A stretch of 64,000 nucleotides of DNA from Ruminococcus sp. (GTDB lineage Bacteria; Bacillota; Clostridia; Oscillospirales; Ruminococcaceae), in assembly GCA_017450925.1 (NCBI GenBank), contig JAFSSS010000081.1:18090-82089 (forward strand). Reading direction: 5' to 3'. The position numbers and the translations under genes were made by a program. Shown piece after piece: positions 16,514-26,923 of this stretch (position 1 is the stretch's first letter; every line of letters starts with the position of its first letter). The notes below the pieces were generated by a model that ran no database searches, was not told where the DNA came from, and saw only the letters and a list, made by a program, of their open reading frames with translations.

Positions 16514-18883
16514 TCAGCCGTCAAGCAGCTGTTCAAACTGCGCGACTGCGTTTTTATTGTATTGTTCATAATCAACATTCATTGCCTTGACCTCGCCGCG
16601 CATAAAGGCCTCCATGCCCTCATATATGCCCTCGGCGCTGCAGGGAACCATATATCCGCCGCGCTTTTCAAGAAAGCTCCGGGGCCCCGGTATGTCGGTG
16701 GAGATCAGCGGTACTCCCAGCGTGTCAGCCTCCAGCATTGTCAGCCCCATCGCCTCATAGCGTGAGGAAAGCACGAACAGATCGCACCTTTTCAGCACCG
16801 GCATCGGATTGAACATGGTCTTTATCAGTATGATCTTATCCCTCGCAGGCGAGCTCTCGGCCAGTGCCTTTGTGGATTCATACAGCTTGCCGTAGCCGCC
16901 GATTATTATAAGCCGGCTGTCCGGGTGAGCGGCTGCAAATCTGCCATATGCCTCTATCAGCATATCATGACCCTTTTCTGCGGAAAAGCGCCCGATGTTT
17001 ATGATCTTCACCGTATTGCTGTCAAGCACCCTGTTCAGCTCTTCAAGGGTCACATTTGAGCGGGTAACGTCATCGAACTGTACATCCCTATCCGCTCTTG
17101 CAAGAACGTGCTTATAGGCGTGGCAGTTATAGACGATCCTGATGTTGTCCGTCCTGCCGCTGATCTCGCTTGTCGGCTTTATCATGCCCTCGGTAACAGC
17201 CGCAACATTTGTATAGGTGTTGTAGGCAGTTTTCAGCGAGAGTCTGTGCTGATTGTTCTTGGTGGCAAGCTCCTGCACCATATCGCTGTGAACGAATATC
17301 GTTGAGGGGCAGTCGAACATTCTGAACAGATGTATCATATTCTTGCCGTAGCCTTGATACTGAACGATGTGGTCAAAGTCGATCCCGTAGAAGAATTTCC
17401 TTGCCTCGCGGCGGCACATTTTCTCAACGCTTTTGAAAGCGAGCTTTAGGTTCAGCTTGTAGAACAGCACCTGTGCCAAGGCCTCGGTCACGGTGTACTG
17501 CGGCTTTGTACTCATGGGAAACACATTTATATCCCGCGGTATAAGATTGCACCGAAGCGGATCCTTCCGCAGGGTAGGCTGCTGGAACGTGATGAAATAC
17601 CGCCGCTTTGAGGCATCAAGGTTCTCGATCAGATTAAGCGCCGCAGTGGTGATGCCGTTCTTGGAAAGGTCTCCCGTAAAGATCAGCACATTCTGCTTTG
17701 AGCTGTCGTATATCCGTTCCTCGCTGCAGACCCTTTCGCCGTCGATGACCCGTTTGAGGATGCACTCTGCCGCCTCCGGCCTTTCATAGGTGCAGCATTC
17801 CTTGATGAACTGCGTGTCGTCGTAATCCTTCGGGCTGCGCATTTCAGCCACAAGCTCCGGGACTGTACGCACCTTGGGGAAGGGAAGCTCCTCCAGCGAA
17901 ACATACATCCCTCTCTCGGCGATATAATCCTCCTCGTCATAAGCAAAGAGAATGATCTTCTTCCGGGTGTTGGCAAAATCGTAGAACACGCTGGAATAGT
18001 CGGTGATAAGCCCGTCCGCGCTGTTGAGGACATCGTAGGGATCAAAGCCCTCCTTCATGGGGACGATGTGCTTATACTGCGAGTAATCCAGATCGGCGCT
18101 CATAAAGGGATGCAGCTTTGCGATGACGATCTCGCTGTCATCAAGGCTTTCGTCAAGCTGTGCAAGATATCCCTTGAGTATGCCCAGCTGATCCTCGGTC
18201 TTTATCCTTGCAAGGTTGCCCCGCCAGGTGGGCATATATACGAACATCCTTTTGTCTGCAAGCCCCAAAGCCTCTCTGGTCTTTGCAGCCCTTTCGGTAT
18301 CAAAGAAAACACAGTTGCGGGGATAGCCCTCGTTGAGGATAGTTCCCTTGTAAACGCCCTCCAGCATAAAGGCGCTCACCATTTTTTCCTTCATGTAGTC
18401 GTTGGGATAGAGCAGGAAATCCGCAAAAAGCAGATTTCGCTGTATGTTTCCCATAGCATATACATCGCTGGCAACGTCGCGCCCCATTACCTTGAGCGGA
18501 GTCCCGTGCCAGGTGTTGAGTATCACCTGTCCCTCCTTCTTGATGTATCTTGTCGTGAACGAGGTATCGGTGATAAGGTATTTAGCTTTAGCCAGCAGCT
18601 TGAAATACTTGGCGCTCATTATCCTTACGGGGGTGACGTTCTTCACTCCGTACTGATTTAGCAGACCGAGTATCCTTTCCTTCTGCTTCTTGGCATAGAC
18701 CAGATATATCTTGAACCTGCTGCTGTAATCCCTGTCCAGAAGCTTGAGCAGCGTGAAGATGTTCCCGGCCAGATCGGCGCCGTGCTTCGATTCCAGCAGG
18801 ATGCAGCTGCTGTCGAGCTTTGCATGATAATACTTTCTCACATAATATGTATTGGCAAGGGCATCCGCAGCGCATTGCTTCAA
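16514..18883 (-). CDS. CDP-glycerol glycerophosphotransferase (TagF-like) fused to a GT4 glycosyltransferase
   Basis: NTWHGTPLK, GYPRN, YMPTWR, KLHP, ITDYSS; C-terminal GRFSAEKG and SRYEAMGLTMLEA. Confidence 0.88.
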   Translation of the reverse strand: MKQCAADALANTYYVRKYYHAKLDSSCILLESKHGADLAGNIFTLLKLLDRDYSSRFKIYLVYAKKQKERILGLLNQYGVKNVTPVRIMSAKYFKLLAKAKYLITDTSFTTRYIKKEGQVILNTWHGTPLKVMGRDVASDVYAMGNIQRNLLFADFLLYPNDYMKEKMVSAFMLEGVYKGTILNEGYPRNCVFFDTERAAKTREALGLADKRMFVYMPTWRGNLARIKTEDQLGILKGYLAQLDESLDDSEIVIAKLHPFMSADLDYSQYKHIVPMKEGFDPYDVLNSADGLITDYSSVFYDFANTRKKIILFAYDEEDYIAERGMYVSLEELPFPKVRTVPELVAEMRSPKDYDDTQFIKECCTYERPEAAECILKRVIDGERVCSEERIYDSSKQNVLIFTGDLSKNGITTAALNLIENLDASKRRYFITFQQPTLRKDPLRCNLIPRDINVFPMSTKPQYTVTEALAQVLFYKLNLKLAFKSVEKMCRREARKFFYGIDFDHIVQYQGYGKNMIHLFRMFDCPSTIFVHSDMVQELATKNNQHRLSLKTAYNTYTNVAAVTEGMIKPTSEISGRTDNIRIVYNCHAYKHVLARADRDVQFDDVTRSNVTLEELNRVLDSNTVKIINIGRFSAEKGHDMLIEAYGRFAAAHPDSRLIIIGGYGKLYESTKALAESSPARDKIILIKTMFNPMPVLKRCDLFVLSSRYEAMGLTMLEADTLGVPLISTDIPGPRSFLEKRGGYMVPCSAEGIYEGMEAFMRGEVKAMNVDYEQYNKNAVAQFEQLLDG

Positions 18884-18893
18884 ATACTTGATG

Positions 18894-19310
18894 TTAATCT
18901 TTTTTCCCTCCGGTCATGACTGACATTTTCAAGTCGCTTTTGATCTGCGTGGTTGAGATCTCGGGAGTCCTCGGCAGATAAACTACCTCGCAAAGCTCCG
19001 CAAGCTCGTCGAACTTGCCCTTCCAGTCATCTCCCATGACAAAGGTATCCACTCTGAATTCCTTGATGTCAGATCTCTTCTGCTCCCAGTTTTCCTCCGG
19101 TATCACCAGATCCACATATCTGATAGCCTCCAGCAGGCTCTTTCTTTCTTCATAGGAGAAGTAGCATTTTTTATGCTTTTCGTTCCAGTTGAATTCATCC
19201 GTCGAGAGCGCCACGATCAGATAATCCCCCAGCGCCTTGGCGCGTCTTAGCAGATTTATGTGACCGTAATGCAGCAGATCAAAGGTGCCGTAGGTAATGA
19301 TCTTTTTCAT
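18894..19310 (-). CDS. tagD: Glycerol-3-phosphate cytidylyltransferase
   Basis: ITYGTFDLLHYGH, MGDDW, RTPEISTT. Confidence 0.95.
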   Translation of the reverse strand: MKKIITYGTFDLLHYGHINLLRRAKALGDYLIVALSTDEFNWNEKHKKCYFSYEERKSLLEAIRYVDLVIPEENWEQKRSDIKEFRVDTFVMGDDWKGKFDELAELCEVVYLPRTPEISTTQIKSDLKMSVMTGGKKD

Positions 19311-19327
19311 ATTTCTCTCCTGTTTGT

Positions 19328-20461
19328 TCACATTGTTATCCCGACAGCGTCAAGTATCCTTTTGCAGGCACTGCCGGACTGGCTGCTGTTTGCCAGTTCG
19401 TTTACACGTTTTCTTTCCTCTTTCCAGCCGTCCCTGCCCTTGGCTGCTTTGATGATAAACTCCCGCAGCTGCTCAAAGCTTTTCAGCTTGTCTCCGGGCA
19501 TCAGTGCCTCGGGGTCATCCACCACAAAGCCCCGCTCGTCCTCGTACTGCTCGATATCGCCCAGCGTAAATCCGATAGGCCTGTTCAGCAGCAGATAGTC
19601 AAAATATACCGACGAGTAATCCGTGATAAGAGCGCGGCTGCGCTTCATCAGGTCGTAAATATCCATATTCTTCCGTTCAAGCCCCCGCTGGGTAGTGAGC
19701 ATAATGTTTTCAAGGCTCTTGACCCCGTGGCTGATGTCCTGCATGGGGTGCGGCTTTATCAGCAGCTTGTATCCCAGCTCGCCGAGCAGGCTGTCAATCT
19801 CTCTTAGCTGCTCCTCGGTATCAATAAGCGGAAAGCCGGTCTCGTTTTTGACATCGGCATTTACGCTCCCCAGCTTCTGTGAAGAACGGTAGGTGGGCAG
19901 CCAGAGGATCAGCTTCTTTTCATTCACATCCTTGTCAAAAAGCTTGTCGCACTTCGGCTGACCCGTCAGCAGTACCTTGTCCTCATCCACCTCAAAGCAT
20001 CTCTGCATTATCTGCGAGAAAAAGGGCGAGGTGGCTATGATGTGATCGAAGTAGCATTTTCCGTCAAAGTCCGCACCCTTTTCAAGAGCGCCTATGGTCT
20101 TCAGCGGCATCCCGTGCCAAAGGTTCACCACCTGCTGCTTTGGGCTGGGCTTAATGGGGAATTTCCCGAAGCTGTAAAACATAAAGCTGCACCGCAGGAA
20201 TTTTCTAAGCCCCTTGCCCGTGCTTACGAACTTGACGTTCTCGGGAGCGTCTTTTTTCCAGAAGCGGTAGTCGCTGCAGCTGCAGACGATCTTGTATTTC
20301 TTGTTGTAGCCAAGCTGTATCATATGATCATATATCGCCTTAGCGTTATCTCTGAAGCCGAGATTTGAATAGATTAGCACCAGCCTTTTGTTTTTCGGTA
20401 TTATGCGGTTGAGAGGCGTAAGCGGTGCCGACAGCTTTTTCAGTATCCGTTTTATCCCCAT
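19328..20461 (-). CDS. CDP-glycerol glycerophosphotransferase (TagB/TagF family)
   Basis: NLWHGMPLK, TGQPK, WLPTYR, KPHP, ITDYSS. Confidence 0.88.
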   Translation of the reverse strand: MGIKRILKKLSAPLTPLNRIIPKNKRLVLIYSNLGFRDNAKAIYDHMIQLGYNKKYKIVCSCSDYRFWKKDAPENVKFVSTGKGLRKFLRCSFMFYSFGKFPIKPSPKQQVVNLWHGMPLKTIGALEKGADFDGKCYFDHIIATSPFFSQIMQRCFEVDEDKVLLTGQPKCDKLFDKDVNEKKLILWLPTYRSSQKLGSVNADVKNETGFPLIDTEEQLREIDSLLGELGYKLLIKPHPMQDISHGVKSLENIMLTTQRGLERKNMDIYDLMKRSRALITDYSSVYFDYLLLNRPIGFTLGDIEQYEDERGFVVDDPEALMPGDKLKSFEQLREFIIKAAKGRDGWKEERKRVNELANSSQSGSACKRILDAVGITM

Positions 20462-20467
20462 ATCTTA

Positions 20468-21295
20468 TTATCGTCTCTTCCTTAAAAATGTTTTGTAAAG
20501 CTTTTCTCTTGCCTTTTCGGGCGAAAGCGCAAACACGGTAAAGGCGCTCATCCGTTTCAGATATTCCCCTTTTGAGCAGAAGCCCCTTTGCAGCTTATAC
20601 TGCTCCATTCTTCGGGCGCATTTCAGATAATCCCTGCCGCCGCGGCGCGAATACATCCCGCCGCCCGTTCTCATAAGCAGCAGCGCCTTGGCGATGTTAT
20701 GCCCCCTTGCGCCGTCCGACAGCATCTTCACCCATAGCTGATAGTCCTCAAAGAACCGATAGCTCTCATATCCGCACGCCTTCAGTACAGCCTCTTTTCT
20801 GAACATTACACAGGGGTGGTTGAAGGGATTGCGGGTGCGGGCATATTCAAGTATTTCCTTGTGGGAAACGGGAAGCGTCTTATAAGCCTCGATGACCTTC
20901 GGGTCCTCAATGAATTCAGCCACGGTGGCCGAGCAGATATCCGAGCCGTGCTTGTGCATCGACTTGAGCTGCAGCTCGCATCTTTCCGGCAGAGAGATGT
21001 CATCGGTATCCATTCGTGCGACGTATTCATATCTGCACTCCTTCAGCCCCGCGTTCAGTGCCTCGGCAAGGCCGCGGTTCTCCGGCAGTCTGACAACATC
21101 CACCAGCCCTGCATTGGCCGACTCAAAACGATATACCTCCCGGTCAAGCTCCGCCGTCAGAGGCCCGTCGCATACGAGGACGATCTGCGAGGGCTTAACG
21201 CTTTGCTTTATCATGCTTTCCGCGGCCGTTCTGAAAAAAGCCGGCCGTTCCTTCTGATAGACGGACATAAGCACACAATATTCATTTATAGCCAT
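20468..21295 (-). CDS. GT2 glycosyltransferase (AmsE-like)
   Basis: VLMSVY, LVCDG, ARMDTDD, NPFNHP, FEDY. Confidence 0.88.
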   Translation of the reverse strand: MAINEYCVLMSVYQKERPAFFRTAAESMIKQSVKPSQIVLVCDGPLTAELDREVYRFESANAGLVDVVRLPENRGLAEALNAGLKECRYEYVARMDTDDISLPERCELQLKSMHKHGSDICSATVAEFIEDPKVIEAYKTLPVSHKEILEYARTRNPFNHPCVMFRKEAVLKACGYESYRFFEDYQLWVKMLSDGARGHNIAKALLLMRTGGGMYSRRGGRDYLKCARRMEQYKLQRGFCSKGEYLKRMSAFTVFALSPEKAREKLYKTFLRKRR

Positions 21296-21617
21296 TTTGT
21301 CCGCCTCCCTCAAGTTTTCACATACATTATTTATTATAGCATATCCCGCCTTTTATGTCAAGCAAATAAAGTGCCAATTATACAAATTAAAGCCCGGATT
21401 TCAGTGCATAATGCACAATATGTCAGAGCCTTTCTACAAACAGTTATTCCATGAACCACGGCATTTTATTCTCTCGGTGAAGTTTATTTGTGAACAGCCC
21501 GGTTTTGCGCAGTTTCACTGTGTCGGGAGCGAAAATACAAATAGAACGCCTTTGCTAAATTGTACCTTTTGTATAAAATGACCAACAGTGTGGAAAAATA
21601 TTAGTCTTATATGTGCA

Positions 21618-21646
21618 TTGTAATCAAAGGAAAAATCTGCTATAAT
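21618..21646 (+). promoter_or_regulatory. Sigma-A promoter of the GH13 gene
   Basis: TTGTAA-N17-TATAAT with TG extension. Confidence 0.6.
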
Positions 21647-21711
21647 AGATTTGTTGTATCAGTGAAACAAATTCGCACCGATGCAATTATTTGCGAAGGG
21701 AGAAAATACCA

Positions 21712-23022
21712 ATGTGGGCTTATGAAAGTGTATTCTATCAGATCTATCCTTTAGGGTTCTGCGGAGCGCCGTTTGAGAACGACGGCATTCAAGAGCATCG
21801 CATCCTCAAGGTGCTGGACTGGATAGACCATATCAAGGAGACAGGCTGCAATGCCGTATATTTTTCGCCGGTGTTTGAGTCGGATACTCACGGCTACAAT
21901 ACCCGCGACTACTCTAAGATCGACTGCCGCCTCGGCACCAACGAGGATTTCAAGAAGGTCTGCGATGCGCTCCACGCAGCGGGCATCAGGGTCGTCCTTG
22001 ACGGAGTTTTCAATCATGTCGGCCGCGGCTTCTGGGCGTTTAAGGATGTCCTCGAAAAGCGCTGGGACTCACCCTATAAGGATTGGTTCAATATCAGCTT
22101 TGACGGCAATTCCAACTATAACGACGGCCTCTGGTACGAGGGCTGGGAGGGGCATTACGACCTTGTCAAGCTCAACCTTAGGAACCCCGCCGTCACCGAG
22201 CATATCTTCAGCTGCGTCCGTCAGTGGAGAGAGGAGTTCGGCATCGACGGACTGCGTCTTGATGTGGCCTATTGCCTCGACTTCGATTTTCTGAAAAATC
22301 TGCATAACGTCTGCAAGTCCCTTGACCCCGAGTTCTTCATTCTTGGCGAGCTTCTCCACGGGGATTACTCCCGCTGGGTCAACCCGGAAATGCTGGACTC
22401 CGCCACCAATTACGAGTGCTATAAGGGGCTTCATTCCAGCTTCAATTCCATGAATATGTTCGAGATATGCCACTCTCTCAAAAACCAGTTCGGCCCCGAG
22501 CAGTGGTGCCGCTACAGAGGGATGCATCTGCTGGCGTTCGTGGATAATCACGATGTTTCCCGTATCGCATCGGTGCTGCAGAACGAAAAGCATCTGCCGC
22601 TGATATATGCGCTGATGTTCGGTATGCCCGGAATACCCTGTATCTACTACGGCTCCGAGTGGGGCACCAAGGCCGATAAAAAGGACGGCGACCCCGCTCT
22701 GCGCGTTTCCTTTGATGCACCCGAGAAAAACGAGCTTACGGAATGGATATCCAAGCTTGCGAAGATTCACCGGGAGAGCAAGGCTCTCTGCCACGGCTCT
22801 ATCGCAGTTCCGGTGCTTACAAACAAGCAGTGCATTATCGAGCGCCAGTTTGAGGACGAGCGCGTGATGATAGCGATCAATGCAGACGGCGAGGCATACA
22901 CTGCCCACTTCGACGCACGCTGCGGCCGCGCCGAGGATCTGATAAACGGCGGCTGGCACGACTTCGGCGGCGGCAGCACCCTGCCCCCGTATTCTGCTGC
23001 TGTGTGGAAATGCGAGAGATAA
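21712..23022 (+). CDS. Intracellular GH13 alpha-amylase/cyclomaltodextrinase-like glycosidase
   Basis: DGVFNH, GLRLDVA, GELLHG, FVDNHD; no signal peptide. Confidence 0.9.
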   Translation: MWAYESVFYQIYPLGFCGAPFENDGIQEHRILKVLDWIDHIKETGCNAVYFSPVFESDTHGYNTRDYSKIDCRLGTNEDFKKVCDALHAAGIRVVLDGVFNHVGRGFWAFKDVLEKRWDSPYKDWFNISFDGNSNYNDGLWYEGWEGHYDLVKLNLRNPAVTEHIFSCVRQWREEFGIDGLRLDVAYCLDFDFLKNLHNVCKSLDPEFFILGELLHGDYSRWVNPEMLDSATNYECYKGLHSSFNSMNMFEICHSLKNQFGPEQWCRYRGMHLLAFVDNHDVSRIASVLQNEKHLPLIYALMFGMPGIPCIYYGSEWGTKADKKDGDPALRVSFDAPEKNELTEWISKLAKIHRESKALCHGSIAVPVLTNKQCIIERQFEDERVMIAINADGEAYTAHFDARCGRAEDLINGGWHDFGGGSTLPPYSAAVWKCER

Positions 23023-23037
23023 ACGTTTGATATCTGA

Positions 23038-23078
23038 CAGCAAAAGGAGTGCAAAGGCGCGCTCCTTGCTGCTGTTTT
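23038..23078 (+). terminator. Probable intrinsic terminator
   Basis: AAGGAGTGC/GCGCTCCTT stem extended by CAGCA/TGCTG, then TTTT. Confidence 0.55.
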
Positions 23079-23120
23079 GCACCCGGTGGTTTTGTTAAAA
23101 TAAAAAATTATTAAAACCGC

Positions 23121-23149
23121 TTGCAATTTGTGAAGAAGTGTGTTATAAT
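23121..23149 (+). promoter_or_regulatory. Sigma-A promoter of SRP RNA/dnaX
   Basis: TTGCAA-N17-TATAAT with TG extension. Confidence 0.75.
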
Positions 23150-23155
23150 AAGATG

Positions 23156-23325
23156 TACCGAAGATCGGGTGTAGATTATTGTTCCTCATCGATCCGAGAT
23201 ATAGGTGTGCGGGTCCTGCGCAATGAAGCGCTGTGAACCATGTCAGGCGGGGAACCGAGCAGCATTAAGCGGTCTGTTTCGTGTGACGCAGTTTCGCCTG
23301 CACATCTATATGTCGGATCGATTTT
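23156..23325 (+). ncRNA. ffs: Signal recognition particle RNA
   Basis: Domain IV motif TCAGG-CGG-GGAA-CCG-AGCAG inside a long hairpin (ATCGATCCGA...TCGGATCGAT, 23188-23322); directly upstream of dnaX, the usual Firmicutes synteny. Confidence 0.92.
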
Positions 23326-23354
23326 GATTGTATGGACTTGAAGGAGGTCATGGG

Positions 23355-24953
23355 ATGTATCAGGCGCTTTACCGTAAGTGGCGGCCTATGTCTTTCGATG
23401 ACGTTGTCTCTCAGCCCCATATAACCACTACTCTGAAAAATCAGATCGCCGGCGGCAAGACCGCTCACGCCTATCTGTTTACAGGGTCAAGAGGAACAGG
23501 AAAGACCACCTGCGCAAGGATCTTCGCCAAGGCTGTAAACTGTTTGGATCCTAAGGACGGCGAGCCCTGCCTTGAATGTGAGATCTGTAAGAATGCAGAT
23601 AAGGGTGCGCTGGCCGATATAATCGAGATCGACGCTGCCTCAAATTCTCGAGTTGACGATATCCGCGACCTGCGGGAGGGTGTGGCTTATACCCCCGAAA
23701 TGTGCAGGTATAAGGTCTATATCATCGACGAGGTGCATATGCTTTCCGCCGGCGCCTTCAATGCGCTGCTGAAAACAATGGAGGAGCCGCCTCCGCACGT
23801 TAAGTTCATCCTCGCTACCACCGAGGTGCATAAGGTGCCGGAAACAATAGTTTCTCGCTGCCAGCACTTCGATTTCCACCGCATCCGTACAGAGGATATC
23901 GTTGCAAGGCTTAGCTATATCGCGGAGCAGGAGGGGCTTACACTTCATCAAGATGCTGCCCGGCTTATCGCAAGGATCTCTGACGGCGGTATGCGTGACG
24001 CTCTTTCGCTGCTGGATCAGTGCGTTGCCTATTCCGACGAGATCACTGTCGAGACTGTTTCCGGCGCCGCGGGCATCGCGGGAAGAGATCATCTGTTTGA
24101 TATCCTCGAGGCTGCCTTTGCCGGTGACGCAGGAAGTATGATAAGGATCATCGACGAGCTGTATGACCGCAGCAAGGATCTTGCAGTGCTTTGCTCCGAG
24201 CTGATAACACAGATGCGGAACGTTATGATACTTATGTCCGGTCAGAATGCAGAGGATCTTATTGTCTGCCTGCCCGAGGAATTGGCAAGGCTCAAAAAGA
24301 TCGCAGCCGGTACGGATATAGATACGGTACTGTTTTTTATTTCCACACTGCAGGCAGCATCGGAAAGATTTTCGCGCAGCGCCAATAAGTGCATAGAAAT
24401 GGAAATGTGCGCTGTGAGGATGTGCAGCGGCAGAGAGACCAAGGGCGGCAGCAGCACTGCCTCCGCGATCTCACAGAATGTGGTCACTTCCTTTAACGAG
24501 CGTATCTCAAAGCTGGAAAAGGCGTTGCAGAGCGGCAGGATGCCTGCCCCTGCGGCAGAAGAGGATAAGCCAAAGCCGCTTCCTCCCAAGCCGCTGAAAA
24601 AATTCGACCCGAATAATTTTACCCCTCTTGAGGACTGGACGAAGATACTTGAACAGATCAATGCCCAGATCCCGGCGATAGGCGCGTTTCTGCAAAACAG
24701 CGCAGCCTGTATCGAGGGTGAGATGTTCTATCTGATCGTCGCCAGCAGCTTTGCCTTGAAAAAGTTCAAGGCTCGTCCCGACGACGCTGCCAAGCTGAAA
24801 CAGATCGTAAATAATTATTATGGAAAAAACTTCGGCTTTATGCTTTTCAGCTCCCACGATGTAGAGCTTGAGGATCAGGATAATCCGATCAAAACTCTTA
24901 TCAACCGGGCTAAAAGCGCTGAAATAGATGTCGAGGTAAAGAAAAATATATAA
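23355..24953 (+). CDS. dnaX: DNA polymerase III subunit gamma/tau
   Basis: YQALYRKWRP, GSRGTGKTT, IIDEVHML, SRC. Confidence 0.97.
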   Translation: MYQALYRKWRPMSFDDVVSQPHITTTLKNQIAGGKTAHAYLFTGSRGTGKTTCARIFAKAVNCLDPKDGEPCLECEICKNADKGALADIIEIDAASNSRVDDIRDLREGVAYTPEMCRYKVYIIDEVHMLSAGAFNALLKTMEEPPPHVKFILATTEVHKVPETIVSRCQHFDFHRIRTEDIVARLSYIAEQEGLTLHQDAARLIARISDGGMRDALSLLDQCVAYSDEITVETVSGAAGIAGRDHLFDILEAAFAGDAGSMIRIIDELYDRSKDLAVLCSELITQMRNVMILMSGQNAEDLIVCLPEELARLKKIAAGTDIDTVLFFISTLQAASERFSRSANKCIEMEMCAVRMCSGRETKGGSSTASAISQNVVTSFNERISKLEKALQSGRMPAPAAEEDKPKPLPPKPLKKFDPNNFTPLEDWTKILEQINAQIPAIGAFLQNSAACIEGEMFYLIVASSFALKKFKARPDDAAKLKQIVNNYYGKNFGFMLFSSHDVELEDQDNPIKTLINRAKSAEIDVEVKKNI

Positions 24954-24965
24954 GGAGTTTTACAA

Positions 24966-25316
24966 ATGAAAGCAAGATTACCACAGGGTATGGGCAAGGG
25001 TCCGTCAAACAATATGAACCAGATGCTCAAGCAGGCTCAAAAAATGCAGGACGAGATCACCGCTCTTCAAGCTGATCTGGAGGAGAGAGAGTTCTCTGCT
25101 TCCGTAGGCGGCGGCGCAGTTGATGTTACTATCAACGGAAAGAGACAGGTTCTCAAGCTCAACATCAAGCCCGAGGTCGTTGATCCCGAGGACGTTGAGA
25201 TGCTGCAGGATCTTATCATGAGTGCTTTCAACGAGGCTGTAAGAGTTCTTGATGAGACCTCTGATGCTGAAATGAGCAAGCTTACCGGCGGCGTTTCATT
25301 CCCCGGCCTGTTCTGA
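24966..25316 (+). CDS. ebfC: YbaB/EbfC nucleoid-associated protein
   Basis: [27 protein letters not shown]; lies between dnaX and recR. Confidence 0.93.
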   Translation: MKARLPQGMGKGPSNNMNQMLKQAQKMQDEITALQADLEEREFSASVGGGAVDVTINGKRQVLKLNIKPEVVDPEDVEMLQDLIMSAFNEAVRVLDETSDAEMSKLTGGVSFPGLF

Positions 25317-25918
25317 TGGCTGATATAGGTGCTTTGCCGCTGACACTGCTTTCGGAGCAGTTTGCCAAGCTGCCCGGCATAGGCATGAAGTCCGCCCAGC
25401 GGCTGGCTTACCATGTCATGGAAATGTCTGACTCCGAAGCAAGGGCTTTGGCACAGGCTATCCTTGATGCCAAGAAAAAAGTGCATACCTGCGCAATCTG
25501 CTGCAATTTTACCGAGAACGAGCGCTGCCGTTTCTGCTCCGACCCAAGGCGGGATCAAGGGACAGTCTGCGTTGTTGAGGCTCCCCGGGATATTGCAGCC
25601 TTTGAACGCACCAAGGAATACAAGGGCGTGTATCATGTGCTGCACGGACTGATCTCTCCTATCGACGGCATCGGCCCCGATAAGTTGAGGATCAAGGAGC
25701 TGCTTTCGAGAGTCAATTCCGGGACGGTGAACGAGGTCATTATGGCTACCAATCCCACTGTTGAGGGCGAAGCCACAGCTATGTATATCTGCAAGCTGCT
25801 TAAGCCTTTCGGCGTTAAGGTCACAAGGCTCGCTTTCGGTCTGCCGATCGGCGGAATGCTGGAGTATGCCGACGAGATAACGCTCTACAAGGCTCTGCAG
25901 AACAGATCGGAAATCTGA
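25316..25918 (+). CDS. recR: Recombination mediator RecR
   Basis: [14 protein letters not shown]4 zinc finger, [12 protein letters not shown]. Confidence 0.97.
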   Translation: MADIGALPLTLLSEQFAKLPGIGMKSAQRLAYHVMEMSDSEARALAQAILDAKKKVHTCAICCNFTENERCRFCSDPRRDQGTVCVVEAPRDIAAFERTKEYKGVYHVLHGLISPIDGIGPDKLRIKELLSRVNSGTVNEVIMATNPTVEGEATAMYICKLLKPFGVKVTRLAFGLPIGGMLEYADEITLYKALQNRSEI

Positions 25919-25928
25919 TGAAAAATAT

Positions 25929-25961
25929 AAGAGGTGTCTGCTTGAAGCAGGCACCTCTTTT
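25929..25961. terminator. Terminator between convergent recR and pyrF
   Basis: AAGAGGTGTCTGCT-TGA-AGCAGGCACCTCTT. Confidence 0.8.
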
Positions 25962-25977
25962 GTCTGTTGTGCTGATA

Positions 25978-26913
25978 TCAATCCGGCAGCTTGATCTTCG
26001 GCAGGAAGGAAATGATGTCCTCCTTCATGCGGATGACCTCTCTGCGGGCTGCCTTTGCAAAATCGTGAGGATCGCATTCCTCCTTTTTGTAGGCACACAT
26101 GACCGCGCGGGAGGAGTTCACTATCGCACCGAGCCCGTTTTCGTCAAAGCCCTTGGATACGCCCTCTGCTCCGCCGCCCTGTGCGCCGTAGCCGGGTACA
26201 AGGAAGAATGTGTGGGGTAGAGCCTTGCGCATTTCAGCCAGCTGCTCGGGATAGGTCGCTCCAACAACTGCACCGACACCGCTGTAGCCGTATTTGCCCA
26301 TGACCTCGGAGCCCCATTTTTCGCACATATCGCCCATAGTGGCATAAACCGTTTTGTCGCCGATCTTCAGATCCTGCAGCTCGCCCGAGGACTTGTTTGA
26401 GGTCTTTACCAGTACGAAAATGCCCTTGTCGTAGGCTCGGCATTTTTCCAGCAGGGGAGAGATGCCGTCAGTGCCGAGATAGCCGTTCACTGTCAGTGCG
26501 TCAGCGCCGAAGGCCGGAATGTTCTCGCCGCCCACCTCGGTAAAGCCAAGATGTGCCGTTGCATAAGCGTCCATAGTAGCGCCGATATCGTTGCGCTTTC
26601 CGTCGGTCATTACGAACATACCCTTGCCCTGCGCATATTCGATAGTCTTGTAAAGGGTCTTGACACCCTCCCAGCCGTACATCTCGTAGTATGCCGCCTG
26701 TGGCTTGATAGCAGGGCAGATGTCGTGTATCTCGTCGATGATCGCCTTGTTAAAATCAAGTATCGCCTTGGATGCAGCTTTCAGGGTCTTGCCATATTTC
26801 TTGATCTTCTTTGACACGATGTATTCGGGAACATATTCAAGCCGCGGGTCAAGACCCACGACCGAAGGGTTCTGTGTCCTTACAATGTTTTCAATAAGTC
26901 TGTCAAATGACAT
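25978..26913 (-). CDS. pyrF: Orotidine-5'-phosphate decarboxylase
   Basis: VGLDP, KPQ, DGKRNDIG, VGATYP, LVPGYGAQGG, NSSR. Confidence 0.96.
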   Translation of the reverse strand: MSFDRLIENIVRTQNPSVVGLDPRLEYVPEYIVSKKIKKYGKTLKAASKAILDFNKAIIDEIHDICPAIKPQAAYYEMYGWEGVKTLYKTIEYAQGKGMFVMTDGKRNDIGATMDAYATAHLGFTEVGGENIPAFGADALTVNGYLGTDGISPLLEKCRAYDKGIFVLVKTSNKSSGELQDLKIGDKTVYATMGDMCEKWGSEVMGKYGYSGVGAVVGATYPEQLAEMRKALPHTFFLVPGYGAQGGGAEGVSKGFDENGLGAIVNSSRAVMCAYKKEECDPHDFAKAARREVIRMKEDIISFLPKIKLPD

Positions 26914-26923
26914 AATAATTCTC

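Noticed and set aside
21672-21686. LacI-type operator (CGCACCGATGCA) before the GH13 gene
   Set aside because: Only 8/12 symmetric and no LacI gene nearby; plausible but unsupported
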